Assembly: GCA_964356375.1 (NCBI GenBank)
Contig: CAYHGT010000004.1
Coordinates: 1-57,492, forward strand
Direction of reading: 5' to 3'
Source: an uncultured Candidatus Saccharibacteria bacterium
GTDB taxonomy: Bacteria; Patescibacteriota; Minisyncoccia; UBA6257; GWB1-50-10
DNA: 57,492 bases
Shown here: piece by piece, positions 44,863 to 52,633 of the stretch
Position numbering within the stretch: the stretch's first letter is position 1
Layout: each line of letters begins with the position of its first letter
Notes under the pieces: model-generated
The model's input: only the letters and a program-made list of their open reading frames with translations
Databases searched by the model: none
Told to the model about the DNA's origin: nothing
Made by a program: the position numbers and the translations under genes

Positions 44863-45915
44863 TTATCCGGTCCAGTTATAAAGCAAAATACTGAAATCAA
44901 CAATGTTCACTTTTCCATCGTGGTTAAAATCCGATACCGCAAACGCGGATTTTGTTGATTTATTCCAGTTATAAAGCAAAATACTGAAATCAACCATATT
45001 CACGCGTCCGTCCTTTGTAACATCTCCCGAAATATTTTTTCCTACTGTTTTTGTTCCAACCTGAAATGAGACTGATTGCGAATCGGATGAGATAAGACTA
45101 TCGGAAAGTGCGGCCTGACTTTTCACTGTGTGGTTTCCCAACTCAAGAACACTGGTATCAAATATATATGTATACTTTCCCTTAATATCAGATATCACAT
45201 CTTTCATAATTTCGTTTGCGGAATTTATTACAATGCTCACGGTACTTGAGGGAGCGGTCTGACCAGTAATGGTAAGCATATCTCCCCTTCTTACTTCCGA
45301 TTTATCAACCTCAATAATCGGCGCCAAGAAAATACCAGACACCGCCGCAACCGTACCTGAATTCAAAGAGAGCGTAAACGTAAACGCGAGAGAGCGCCTT
45401 CCCCTTATATCAGTAGAATAGACGCCGAAATGACGAACCCCAACCGGCGCCTCAATCGTTTTAGAAAATAACGCCCCCGCATCCGCGGTCACGCTTGCTA
45501 CAAATGCGCCATCCAAAAGAATATTGACCTTGCTTACGGGATAAGCCATTCCCGAAATATTCACACTAAGCGTTTGGGAAAACTGCGGTGGCGCGACATA
45601 TACGCCTCCCCCGCCTCCCCCTCCGCCACCACCAGACGACGCTGGTGTCGCCGAAGTACACGCCGATGTATTAAAAGTACAATTTACATTACAACTCAAC
45701 GTCCCCGCTGAAAATCCACGAGTGACGCAGGTTTGGCTCTTCAAATCCGTTCCATCACACTGCTCATTCCACTCCGCAACCCCGTTGCTACAAACACCAT
45801 TCACTTGAGCGGTGATGGTTACCGATTGCGCTAAAGATAGGGAAGGAAATAAAAAATATGGCAGAACGGAAAAAAAAGATGAGACAAGAAAATAAAAAAC
45901 GAACAAGAACTTCAT
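44863..45915 (-). CDS. Secreted Cys-rich-repeat / Ig-like protein with two C-terminal dockerin-type repeats
   Basis: 350 aa with a signal peptide. Has CSNGVAEWNEQCDGTD...C (Myxococcus-type Cys-rich repeat), a G11 linker, and the dockerin-like repeats DVTKDGRVNMVDFSILLYNW and SDFNHDGKVNIVDFSILLYNW. Confidence 0.75.
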   Translation of the reverse strand: MKFLFVFYFLVSSFFSVLPYFLFPSLSLAQSVTITAQVNGVCSNGVAEWNEQCDGTDLKSQTCVTRGFSAGTLSCNVNCTFNTSACTSATPASSGGGGGGGGGGVYVAPPQFSQTLSVNISGMAYPVSKVNILLDGAFVASVTADAGALFSKTIEAPVGVRHFGVYSTDIRGRRSLAFTFTLSLNSGTVAAVSGIFLAPIIEVDKSEVRRGDMLTITGQTAPSSTVSIVINSANEIMKDVISDIKGKYTYIFDTSVLELGNHTVKSQAALSDSLISSDSQSVSFQVGTKTVGKNISGDVTKDGRVNMVDFSILLYNWNKSTKSAFAVSDFNHDGKVNIVDFSILLYNWTG

Positions 45916-45948
45916 CTGTTTTATAATACCATTAGAGAGCGTTACTTT

Positions 45949-46878
45949 CTACTTTCTCGCCTTGCCGATAATCCACGCATTGTATTTTTTTATTCCTCTC
46001 GGAATCACAAGGAACATGAGAGCCAAAAAGATAATAAGGGTAATAAGCGTTCCCCACGGCAAGATAAAAAACCAAACATTCTTGGTTACTGTTTGTTGTT
46101 GGGTACCATAATTCAGCTCCAGCGTCGCTCTGTAGGGACCGAAGAAAAATCCATTTGGATTGAAAGTAATATTGAAGCTTTTACTCACTTGAGGGAATAT
46201 ATTTGAACCAAACTCGTTCACGGGGGCCTCCATTACAGTGCCACCAAAGAGATTTTTTATTTTCAGCGTGCCCGCTGGCTTCAAATATGAATTACCGCTA
46301 TTTTCAAAAATGATAGAAAAATTAAGAGGAATGGATGTAAAAAATCTAGTGGAAGGGTAAAAATCTTTAATTGAACCAGCTTCTTTTATATCACCCGAAA
46401 CAGTAAGATACACTAAAATACCCGCCCGCGTTACGATTGAAACCTGACCCCTCTCTCCTTTTGGCGGTGAAGAGCTCCACCAAATAACCGCGAAATGACC
46501 GCCAGGCGGAGCATTTTTTGGAACACGAACAGTGAAGGGAATTTGACGCGATTCTTTAGATTGCAAGGTAATGGAGGGGGCAATATTAAACCACGCGGAG
46601 AGGTCGCTTTCTTCTTTAGTAAAGTTTTTTTGCCCGCTGGAATTTTCCGTAAATCTTTCAAAAGAGGGGTACAGTTTTTGAGTAACCAAGCCTTCGTTCT
46701 GAAGAAAGAGTTCGCCTTTTAACGTTTTCCCCGGATCTACACTATATTCCAATTTTACAGGCCCCACCGTAACCGCGTGTGAAATTGTAGGCAAAATAAG
46801 AAATCCAATCCCAACTATTAGGGAAATGAATAGGGTGAGAACGAAGTGCCTTGAAAGATTTTTATTCATTCTAATCAC
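45949..46878 (-). CDS. DUF916/DUF3324 (CscA)-like two-Ig-domain protein with C-terminal TM anchor
   Basis: 309 aa with a signal peptide. Contains VTVGPVKLEY...GELFLQNEG, VPKNAPPGGHFAVIWW and a second beta domain, then the C-terminal TM LITLIIFLALMFLVI. The family call rests on pattern only. Confidence 0.6.
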   Translation of the reverse strand: MIRMNKNLSRHFVLTLFISLIVGIGFLILPTISHAVTVGPVKLEYSVDPGKTLKGELFLQNEGLVTQKLYPSFERFTENSSGQKNFTKEESDLSAWFNIAPSITLQSKESRQIPFTVRVPKNAPPGGHFAVIWWSSSPPKGERGQVSIVTRAGILVYLTVSGDIKEAGSIKDFYPSTRFFTSIPLNFSIIFENSGNSYLKPAGTLKIKNLFGGTVMEAPVNEFGSNIFPQVSKSFNITFNPNGFFFGPYRATLELNYGTQQQTVTKNVWFFILPWGTLITLIIFLALMFLVIPRGIKKYNAWIIGKARK

Positions 46879-46957
46879 AAAAAACCAACTCCATTACTAT
46901 ACATTGAACGTGTCGGAAAGTAAATAAAACGAGCAATTGATTTAAATTACATTACTA

Positions 46958-47605
46958 CTAATTACCCGCACAACTATACGTAATTGTATCAGTGTAACTT
47001 GCCGCCTGCGTGATACCACTTATCGCCGCTTTGTGTCGCACCACAACCTCACGGGCACTGATTGACGCCGTAGATGAAGCAAGAGTAAGAGTTGAGGTGG
47101 TTAATCCACCAACCGTATTCCCGGTAAAAGTCTGAAGATACCTTGTTGCTATACCAAGCGTTCCGCCACTTCCAACCGCGGTCGTGGTAGCCATAACGCC
47201 ATACCCTTCAGTTCCCGCGACTAATGTTGCGCTGGCAGCAAAAGCGCCATTGGGAGAAGGAATTAAATATGCCGGACTGCTAGTAGAAAGACCTCCGTTT
47301 ACTGTATTACCCGCATCGTTAATAGAGAGGGTGCAACCAGTGCCAACATTGCAAGACATAGTTGTAGAGGCGTTCAGAGTGGACGTAGTTATTGCTCCAG
47401 AAGTTAATGTTCCAAAAGAAGTTGAGGTATTGTCGGTTGCACAAGTAATGCTTGAACCTACTGTAGCACTAACAGTAACAGTGGCTCCATACACCATGCC
47501 AGTTGAAGAATACAAAAACACGACCGCTACAGTCAGAACACACACACCCACATAATACGCTTTCTCTAAATTCACACTTCCAAATCTTTGTTTTATTGAA
47601 TTCAT
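46958..47605 (-). CDS. Secreted fimbrial-type (SCPU/WxL-like) beta-sandwich subunit
   Basis: 215 aa with a signal anchor ending VYGA. The mature part is TVTVSATVGSSITC...FGTL...MSC...C and the C-terminus is AASYTDTITYSCAGN. The whole mature part is homologous to the C-terminus of 47702..49513. Confidence 0.6.
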   Translation of the reverse strand: MNSIKQRFGSVNLEKAYYVGVCVLTVAVVFLYSSTGMVYGATVTVSATVGSSITCATDNTSTSFGTLTSGAITTSTLNASTTMSCNVGTGCTLSINDAGNTVNGGLSTSSPAYLIPSPNGAFAASATLVAGTEGYGVMATTTAVGSGGTLGIATRYLQTFTGNTVGGLTTSTLTLASSTASISAREVVVRHKAAISGITQAASYTDTITYSCAGN

Positions 47606-47701
47606 ATTTTTTTTATTTAATTGACCTTCATATCAACTTCTTTAGTATATGCACAGTATACCAAATCCGTATATAGATTGCTGTGTATAACTCTGATTGG
47701 T

Positions 47702-49513
47702 TTAAGGATTCCCAATACAACTGTAGGTAATCGTATCGGTATAACTGCCGGCTTGGGTCATGGTGCTAATCGCTGCTTTATGTCTTACCACCACTTCCCG
47801 GTTGGTAACCGCCGCGGTGGAAGACGCGAGCGTCTGATTCGCGATAGCCAACTTGCCGACCGTATTGGTGTTGAATGAATTATAAATGGAGTTAAACCCA
47901 AGCGTTCCACCGGAACCTGTCGCGGTTGACGTCGCTTGTATGCCGTATCCTTCCGTTCCAGCCGTAAGTGTCGCTGTCGTGGGGAATCCAGAGGCGGGCG
48001 AAGGGATGAGATAGGCGGGAGTTGTGGTCGCGAGTCCCCCGTTCACGCCGTTGCCGGCGTCCAAAACCGAAAGGGTGCAACCCAAGGCGCCGCTGCAAGT
48101 CATCGTGGATGAAGCGTCCGCCGTGGAAGTGATTATTGACGCGCCGGATAATGTGCCGAAAGCGGTGGAAGTGATGTTGGTGGAGCACGAAACGGTCACG
48201 GCCGCGGCAGTGGTGATTTGGGGAATGACGGTATAAGTGTTCAAAACCGTGCCATCGGATTTTACTGCACGCAAACAATAGGCAGTGCTTGCCGTAGCGC
48301 CGTTGTCAAAAAGCGAGAAATCCCATTTGCCGTCTTGGGTCGCGGGAATAGCCGCCACGGAATTAGTGAAGTTATTTAACTCCTCGTAGGTTTGATTGAC
48401 AATCGTATCCGCGCCGTGAGTCGGGTCATTGGCGTTAGCGGTCAGAGTCGCGCCGTCAGCTGGTGTCGCGTTATCTTTATATGCGATCACGGTCGCGGCG
48501 GTAACATCGGCATAGGTCTCGCCGACAAATCCGGTATCACAGGTACCGGACTGCTGAGCAAACTGGAGCTTGAATTGCTGGCCGCTTACGATAAGTTGAT
48601 TCGCGCCGATATGCAAAAGCGTTCTCAAACGAAACGCCGCGCCGGCCGAACCCAAAGTCGCGGCCGTGTCCTGCACCGCCAGCGCCGTCCCCACATCAGT
48701 GGAATCCAAATTATTAAACAGGCGATAGGTGGCTTGGTTGTATGTCGGCGGTTCCGGTTTAAGAGCCAGTACTATGCCGCCTGCGCCAACTGGAATTGCC
48801 GTATTCCAGTTAACCGAAACATTTCCGGTGGCGCCGGCGGTTGTCCGAGCCGCCTCACTAAACGTAACAACTCCGTCCGCGCCCGTAGTTGATTCTACAT
48901 AATGTTCGGTGTAAGCTGCCGGATCGGTTCCTGTTGTTATAATGGACGCGTTATTGTTGTCCTCACCAGGAACCGCCGCCACTACCAGCGAGTTATCGGT
49001 GAGCGTTGTAATTCCGGTGAACACTGACGGGTCAACGGCCGTGGTGCCAGCCGTTCCTTTGACCTCCCATGGGTCACCGGTCGTAATTGCCCCGCTAAAA
49101 ATAATAACAGCGGCGTAGGTCTCGCCGGTCGTGGTGTTTTTATCTACCAGAGGATTTGTTTCTGCGCTGGATGCTGCCCGTTTCCAAGCCCACCAGTAGC
49201 GAGCAGTCGTGCCGCGATCCACTGTCGCGATTTGCGCCCAGCCGGTGGGCCAAGTAATCGTGTCATTTACATCGCGGACAATAACCCCAATCAGCATAAT
49301 ATCATTGGTCGCGTGGGTCCCAAGCGTCACTGTTACATCCACTCCAGTGCTTGCCGCAATGGCGCTGAATGATTTGAAAGCAGGCGCTGGCGCTTGCGCG
49401 TGCGCTTTTTGAATTTCAGGAGGGAAATTGAAAATCTGTGGCCAGCCGGAAAAGACCCAGGTCGTGGCAATAATTAATATCAAAATAAATTGTCCTGTTT
49501 TCTTTACACTCAT
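47702..49513 (-). CDS. Large secreted protein carrying the same C-terminal fimbrial-type domain
   Basis: The ORF extends to 49537; ATG at 49513 (MSVKKTGQFILILII) forms an ATGA overlap with the upstream stop. It ends AGSYTDTITYSCIGNP. The gene is visibly more GC-rich than its neighbours. Confidence 0.7.
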   Translation of the reverse strand: MSVKKTGQFILILIIATTWVFSGWPQIFNFPPEIQKAHAQAPAPAFKSFSAIAASTGVDVTVTLGTHATNDIMLIGVIVRDVNDTITWPTGWAQIATVDRGTTARYWWAWKRAASSAETNPLVDKNTTTGETYAAVIIFSGAITTGDPWEVKGTAGTTAVDPSVFTGITTLTDNSLVVAAVPGEDNNNASIITTGTDPAAYTEHYVESTTGADGVVTFSEAARTTAGATGNVSVNWNTAIPVGAGGIVLALKPEPPTYNQATYRLFNNLDSTDVGTALAVQDTAATLGSAGAAFRLRTLLHIGANQLIVSGQQFKLQFAQQSGTCDTGFVGETYADVTAATVIAYKDNATPADGATLTANANDPTHGADTIVNQTYEELNNFTNSVAAIPATQDGKWDFSLFDNGATASTAYCLRAVKSDGTVLNTYTVIPQITTAAAVTVSCSTNITSTAFGTLSGASIITSTADASSTMTCSGALGCTLSVLDAGNGVNGGLATTTPAYLIPSPASGFPTTATLTAGTEGYGIQATSTATGSGGTLGFNSIYNSFNTNTVGKLAIANQTLASSTAAVTNREVVVRHKAAISTMTQAGSYTDTITYSCIGNP

Positions 49514-50223
49514 AGATTGATGACATTTATCTGGCAAATTGTTGTAGAATTCCCGCTGGCATAAATAATTGGAACGCTGAAATTTCCCTTTTGCGAACCG
49601 GGCTGGTTGGTAATTTGCAAAACCGCTCCACTGTCGCTTTTTTGAGAAGAGAACGAATAGCTGGCGTTGTTTAAAAATGTAATATCAATACCCAACGGCA
49701 AACTGCCGATTTCAATATCCTCGGTGTCGCTCCGCGAACCGGTCAGTTCAAGTTCAATAATGACCCGGTCTTGAGCCGAAAGATTGACGCTAAAACTCTT
49801 TGCCTGGCAGGAATGACGCGCGTTTTTATCAAGCCGGACATCCCCATTAAATTTTCTTTCTTTAAGCGGTGGAGGAGGCGGTGCGAATATAGGCGCTTCT
49901 TCCGTCTGGATTTCTTCTGTTTGAGTTTCTTCCCCTACTTGCGCTTTCGTTGAAGTCGCCGTCACCTCTTGGCCCGACAAGCCAGATGGTGTTGTAGTAG
50001 CGGTGCTTGTCGCCGCTTCTTGCGTCGCGGTCGTTTGCGACGACGTCGCAGTTTGCAATTCAGGAGGAGTGGAAGTCGCCGCCCGCGGCGTGGAGGTTGC
50101 CTCCTGGGCGTACAGTAAAATCCATGGTTGTCCAAAAAAAGTCCAGCCAAAAATCACCGCAAAAATAAGCAGAAATCTACTTGTTTTAACAATTTTACTT
50201 TTCCACAGTTTTGGATTTGACAT
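49510..50223 (-). CDS. Membrane-anchored Thr/Ser/Glu-rich surface protein, first gene of the operon
   Basis: 237 aa with a signal anchor, a T/S/E-rich linker, a PPPPP stretch and a beta-rich C-domain of about 120 aa. An extended -10 box lies 19 nt upstream of the ATG. Confidence 0.65.
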   Translation of the reverse strand: MSNPKLWKSKIVKTSRFLLIFAVIFGWTFFGQPWILLYAQEATSTPRAATSTPPELQTATSSQTTATQEAATSTATTTPSGLSGQEVTATSTKAQVGEETQTEEIQTEEAPIFAPPPPPLKERKFNGDVRLDKNARHSCQAKSFSVNLSAQDRVIIELELTGSRSDTEDIEIGSLPLGIDITFLNNASYSFSSQKSDSGAVLQITNQPGSQKGNFSVPIIYASGNSTTICQINVINL

Positions 50224-50242
50224 TTTTTTGGGACTTGTTAGT

Positions 50243-50251
50243 ATTATATCA
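50243..50251 (-). promoter_or_regulatory. Extended -10 promoter TGATATAAT for the surface-protein operon
   Basis: On the minus strand it ends 19 nt before ATG 50223. There is no Shine-Dalgarno sequence in the short leader. Confidence 0.5.
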
Positions 50252-50791
50252 TCACGAACGGAAAGGGTGCCCTGACGAGGTTTTGTCCTCGTTGGGGTCT
50301 TTCTTTTTTTGGACCTTATTTTTTATATCAGCTACAAATCTTGTATGTGGCAGAAAATCTTTTTGTTTCAAAAGTCCGGAATATTTTTTATGATTTGGTA
50401 CCATCAGGGCAAGTAGTTTTTTCTGTTCCAAGAGATGCCCAATAAGGCAGTGAAAATCTCCGTCGCCGCTAACGATGAGTGCCCGGTCAAAGTCATTGAT
50501 ATGTATCATGGTGTGCAAGACAAGCTCCGCATCCACATTGCCCTTTACATCTCCGTCGGGTAACTCAAGAGTCGGCTTGAACACGCAAATATACCCGCTC
50601 TCTTGCAGATACTTGTATAAACCTTCGTTGCCCTTTACGTAGCCGATACAAAGGAACGCTTTGGTGATGCAATATTTGTCCTTGAGATATATACAAAACC
50701 GCGCGAAATCAAGCTCCCAACCTTGAACGCGAATGCCAAGATTGAGATTTTGGCTGTCTATAAACGCAAAATTGTTTTCTTTTGGAATCAT
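50252..50791 (-). CDS. NYN-domain (LabA/DUF88-like) putative ribonuclease
   Basis: The ORF extends to 50899; ATG at 50791 gives MIPKENNFAFIDSQNL. Has the NYN acidic motifs ...GNVDAELVLHTM... and IVSGDGDF. Confidence 0.75.
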   Translation of the reverse strand: MIPKENNFAFIDSQNLNLGIRVQGWELDFARFCIYLKDKYCITKAFLCIGYVKGNEGLYKYLQESGYICVFKPTLELPDGDVKGNVDAELVLHTMIHINDFDRALIVSGDGDFHCLIGHLLEQKKLLALMVPNHKKYSGLLKQKDFLPHTRFVADIKNKVQKKKDPNEDKTSSGHPFRS

Positions 50792-50795
50792 GGTT

Positions 50796-50933
50796 TTACG
50801 TCGCCGCCCGCGCTTCCTGAATTTTCGGCGGAAATTTGGGATATCTTGAAATCTGCAACCATCCGGAAAAAATCCATACAAGCACAAAAGTAAATACAAA
50901 AATAAATTTAAAAACGTGAAAGATTTTTTTCAT
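50796..50933 (-). pseudogene. Orphan 45-aa ORF equal to the N-terminal signal anchor of a 47702..49513-type protein (probable gene remnant)
   Basis: Not in the ORF track. Reads MKKIFHVFKFIFVFTFVLVWIFSGWLQISRYPKFPPKIQEARAAT*. It aligns to WVFSGWPQIFNFPPEIQKAHAQ of 47702..49513. Its stop lies 4 nt before the NYN ATG. Confidence 0.45.
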
Positions 50934-51056
50934 CACTTATTTTAAAGTATAGCATTCTAAACCAATGAGGGATAGGGACTTGAATATTAAACATGTCGTA
51001 CTTTATTCACATAATATAAAAGCGCCTTTATATATGTGGTACCAATAAATAAAAGG

Positions 51057-51076
51057 CCCCCGACAAACGTCGGGGG
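51057..51076 (-). terminator. Hairpin CCCCCGAC-AAAC-GTCGGGGG after the GC-rich orphan gene
   Basis: 8-bp GC stem 11 nt past the stop at 51087, followed on the minus strand by CCTTTTATTTATT. Confidence 0.65.
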
Positions 51077-51086
51077 TGATTGACCA

Positions 51087-51608
51087 CTAGATAACCGCGA
51101 TGTACGCGTTCTTCCCGAACACATCGTGCTTCCCCATCATGAGGTCGCTCCAAGACCAACCACAGTTGTCGTAGAGGCAAGGGATGCACGGGTCGCCGTT
51201 CGGCGCCCCGAAAGTCGTCGCGGGAAAAAAGATGCTCTTCTTCTTCCACGACCCAGGGATGGCCTTTCCGTTCTCGGCGAAAAAATCGCGCGCGCACGAG
51301 TTGAGGGGCCTCCGCCCGGCCAACACCTGCGTGAGCACCACGTCTCGCTCAAGCATCGCGTTCGTCTTCGGGTCCGCGCAAGACACGAGCTCAACCTTGC
51401 GCCCGTTCGCATAGACCTCATCGCCACGAAGCTCAAATTTCAAAATACCAAGTCGCGTGTGCTCCTTCAGCGTGAGCCGAGGAGGGACCTTCGCGTTCGC
51501 CCCACAATCAACTTCGAAAGCGGGCTCTTTCTTTTCTTCGACAGCGCCACTCTTCTTGGCGTACGGGAATCTCCCGTCGGTTTTGTTTTTCGTGCTGTTA
51601 TTGCCCAT
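51087..51608 (-). CDS. Orphan GC-rich hypothetical protein (compositionally foreign)
   Basis: The ORF extends to 51734; ATG at 51608 is preceded by GGAGAAG. All six frames are open here, which is typical of GC-rich DNA, and the plus-strand shadow ORF is Arg-rich. No family recognised. Confidence 0.6.
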   Translation of the reverse strand: MGNNSTKNKTDGRFPYAKKSGAVEEKKEPAFEVDCGANAKVPPRLTLKEHTRLGILKFELRGDEVYANGRKVELVSCADPKTNAMLERDVVLTQVLAGRRPLNSCARDFFAENGKAIPGSWKKKSIFFPATTFGAPNGDPCIPCLYDNCGWSWSDLMMGKHDVFGKNAYIAVI

Positions 51609-51736
51609 ATAACTTCTCCACGAAGTAGTTGGCCGCTTAGTTGCAGCGTGCAGTTCACGAATATGCGTATCGCGAACTAAATGCCACAACCAAGCGCAGT
51701 AATATAATGTAAATGTACTATTTTTAGAACTCACAA

Positions 51737-51765
51737 ATTCTAACCGATTTATGGCTAAAAGTCAA
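51737..51765 (-). promoter_or_regulatory. Near-consensus sigma70 promoter TTGACT-17-TAGAAT for the GC-rich orphan gene
   Basis: On the minus strand, TTGACT is at 51765..51760 and TAGAAT at 51742..51737. The implied 5' UTR is about 125 nt. Confidence 0.6.
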
Positions 51766-51784
51766 CCCCGACAGTACGTCGGGG
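51766..51784 (-). terminator. Hairpin CCCCGAC-AGTAC-GTCGGGG after nadK
   Basis: 7-bp GC stem 19 nt past the nadK stop. It belongs to the same hairpin family as 51057 and 53125. Confidence 0.55.
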
Positions 51785-51802
51785 TCAATGGCGCACACTT
51801 CC

Positions 51803-52480
51803 CTATTTTGGTCTCACAATTTTTGCGAACTGCTTTGATTTATAGACAATAATCACCTCTCCTCCTTGCAAAGTAATTGAATCCTCCTGATTATCCGCAT
51901 AGACAACCGCGGGTCCTCGCAAAATATGAATTGAAACCTTGCGCTCTTCATTCAACACAATATGGTCCGCCTGCTCGGTACTATTATTAAATGCGAGACC
52001 CAACCCAACTTCAAAAAAGCTGTCGGTAATACTTCTATAATATCCCGTGGACCCAAATGGTGTCGCGACCACAACTCCGTCACCAATAATACTGTTCGCA
52101 ATCTGCGCGCCATCAACCGACACCGTGTAGCGCATCGCGTGACGCATATCGGTGTTGTGTATCACAATATCATTCAATCCAACGAGCACTTTCCCGTTCG
52201 CGTGTGCCTCAAGCTTCCACGCTTTTCCAATTGTATATTTCTTGGCACGTATGCGCTTCAATACCTCGTCATTGGGAAATGGTGATGCCTTCTTGCACAC
52301 CAAACTTCCCTTCAAAATTATTTTGGGGATTCCAGGATACAAATGTTCGGCGTGCATAAGTGTGCCATCGCCTCCATAACTTACAATAAAATCCGGTTTT
52401 GTTTTCACAATTGTAAACCCCGACTTTTTGACCAACGGAATTATTACCTTCGCATTTTGTCCAACCACAATAACTTTCAT
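51803..52480 (-). CDS. nadK: NAD kinase
   Basis: The ORF track starts at TTG 52540; ATG 52480 gives MKVIVVGQN and lies 7 nt after a TATAAT box. Has the GGDGTLM motif and the NAD-kinase C-domain. Confidence 0.88.
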   Translation of the reverse strand: MKVIVVGQNAKVIIPLVKKSGFTIVKTKPDFIVSYGGDGTLMHAEHLYPGIPKIILKGSLVCKKASPFPNDEVLKRIRAKKYTIGKAWKLEAHANGKVLVGLNDIVIHNTDMRHAMRYTVSVDGAQIANSIIGDGVVVATPFGSTGYYRSITDSFFEVGLGLAFNNSTEQADHIVLNEERKVSIHILRGPAVVYADNQEDSITLQGGEVIIVYKSKQFAKIVRPK

Positions 52481-52487
52481 ACTGCTC

Positions 52488-52493
52488 ATTATA
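52488..52493 (-). promoter_or_regulatory. -10 box TATAAT placed 7 nt before nadK ATG 52480 (leaderless-type start)
   Basis: The minus strand reads GCTATAATGAGCAGTATGAAA. The geometry matches that at 16742. Confidence 0.45.
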
Positions 52494-52601
52494 GCTCGCT
52501 GAGAAAAATTAATCTCGTTAGAAATGTTGCGCAGAAACAAACTACCAAACTACGCTCCTAAAGGCTTCGGAGCTTCGCGTGGTTATCTCCAGTTGGGAGA
52601 T

Positions 52602-52626
52602 AAAAAAACGCCCCGCATTGCGGGGC
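52602..52626 (-). terminator. Terminator after the PDZ gene
   Basis: On the minus strand: GCCCCGC-AAT-GCGGGGC followed by GTTTTTTT. Confidence 0.75.
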
Positions 52627-52633
52627 ATGGATT

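Noticed and set aside
51126-51680. Plus-strand 184-aa ORF and several other overlapping ORFs in the 51.0-51.7 kb region
   Set aside because: These are shadow frames of a GC-rich gene. The plus-strand product is Arg/Pro-rich low complexity. The promoter, Shine-Dalgarno sequence and terminator all fit the minus-strand frame.
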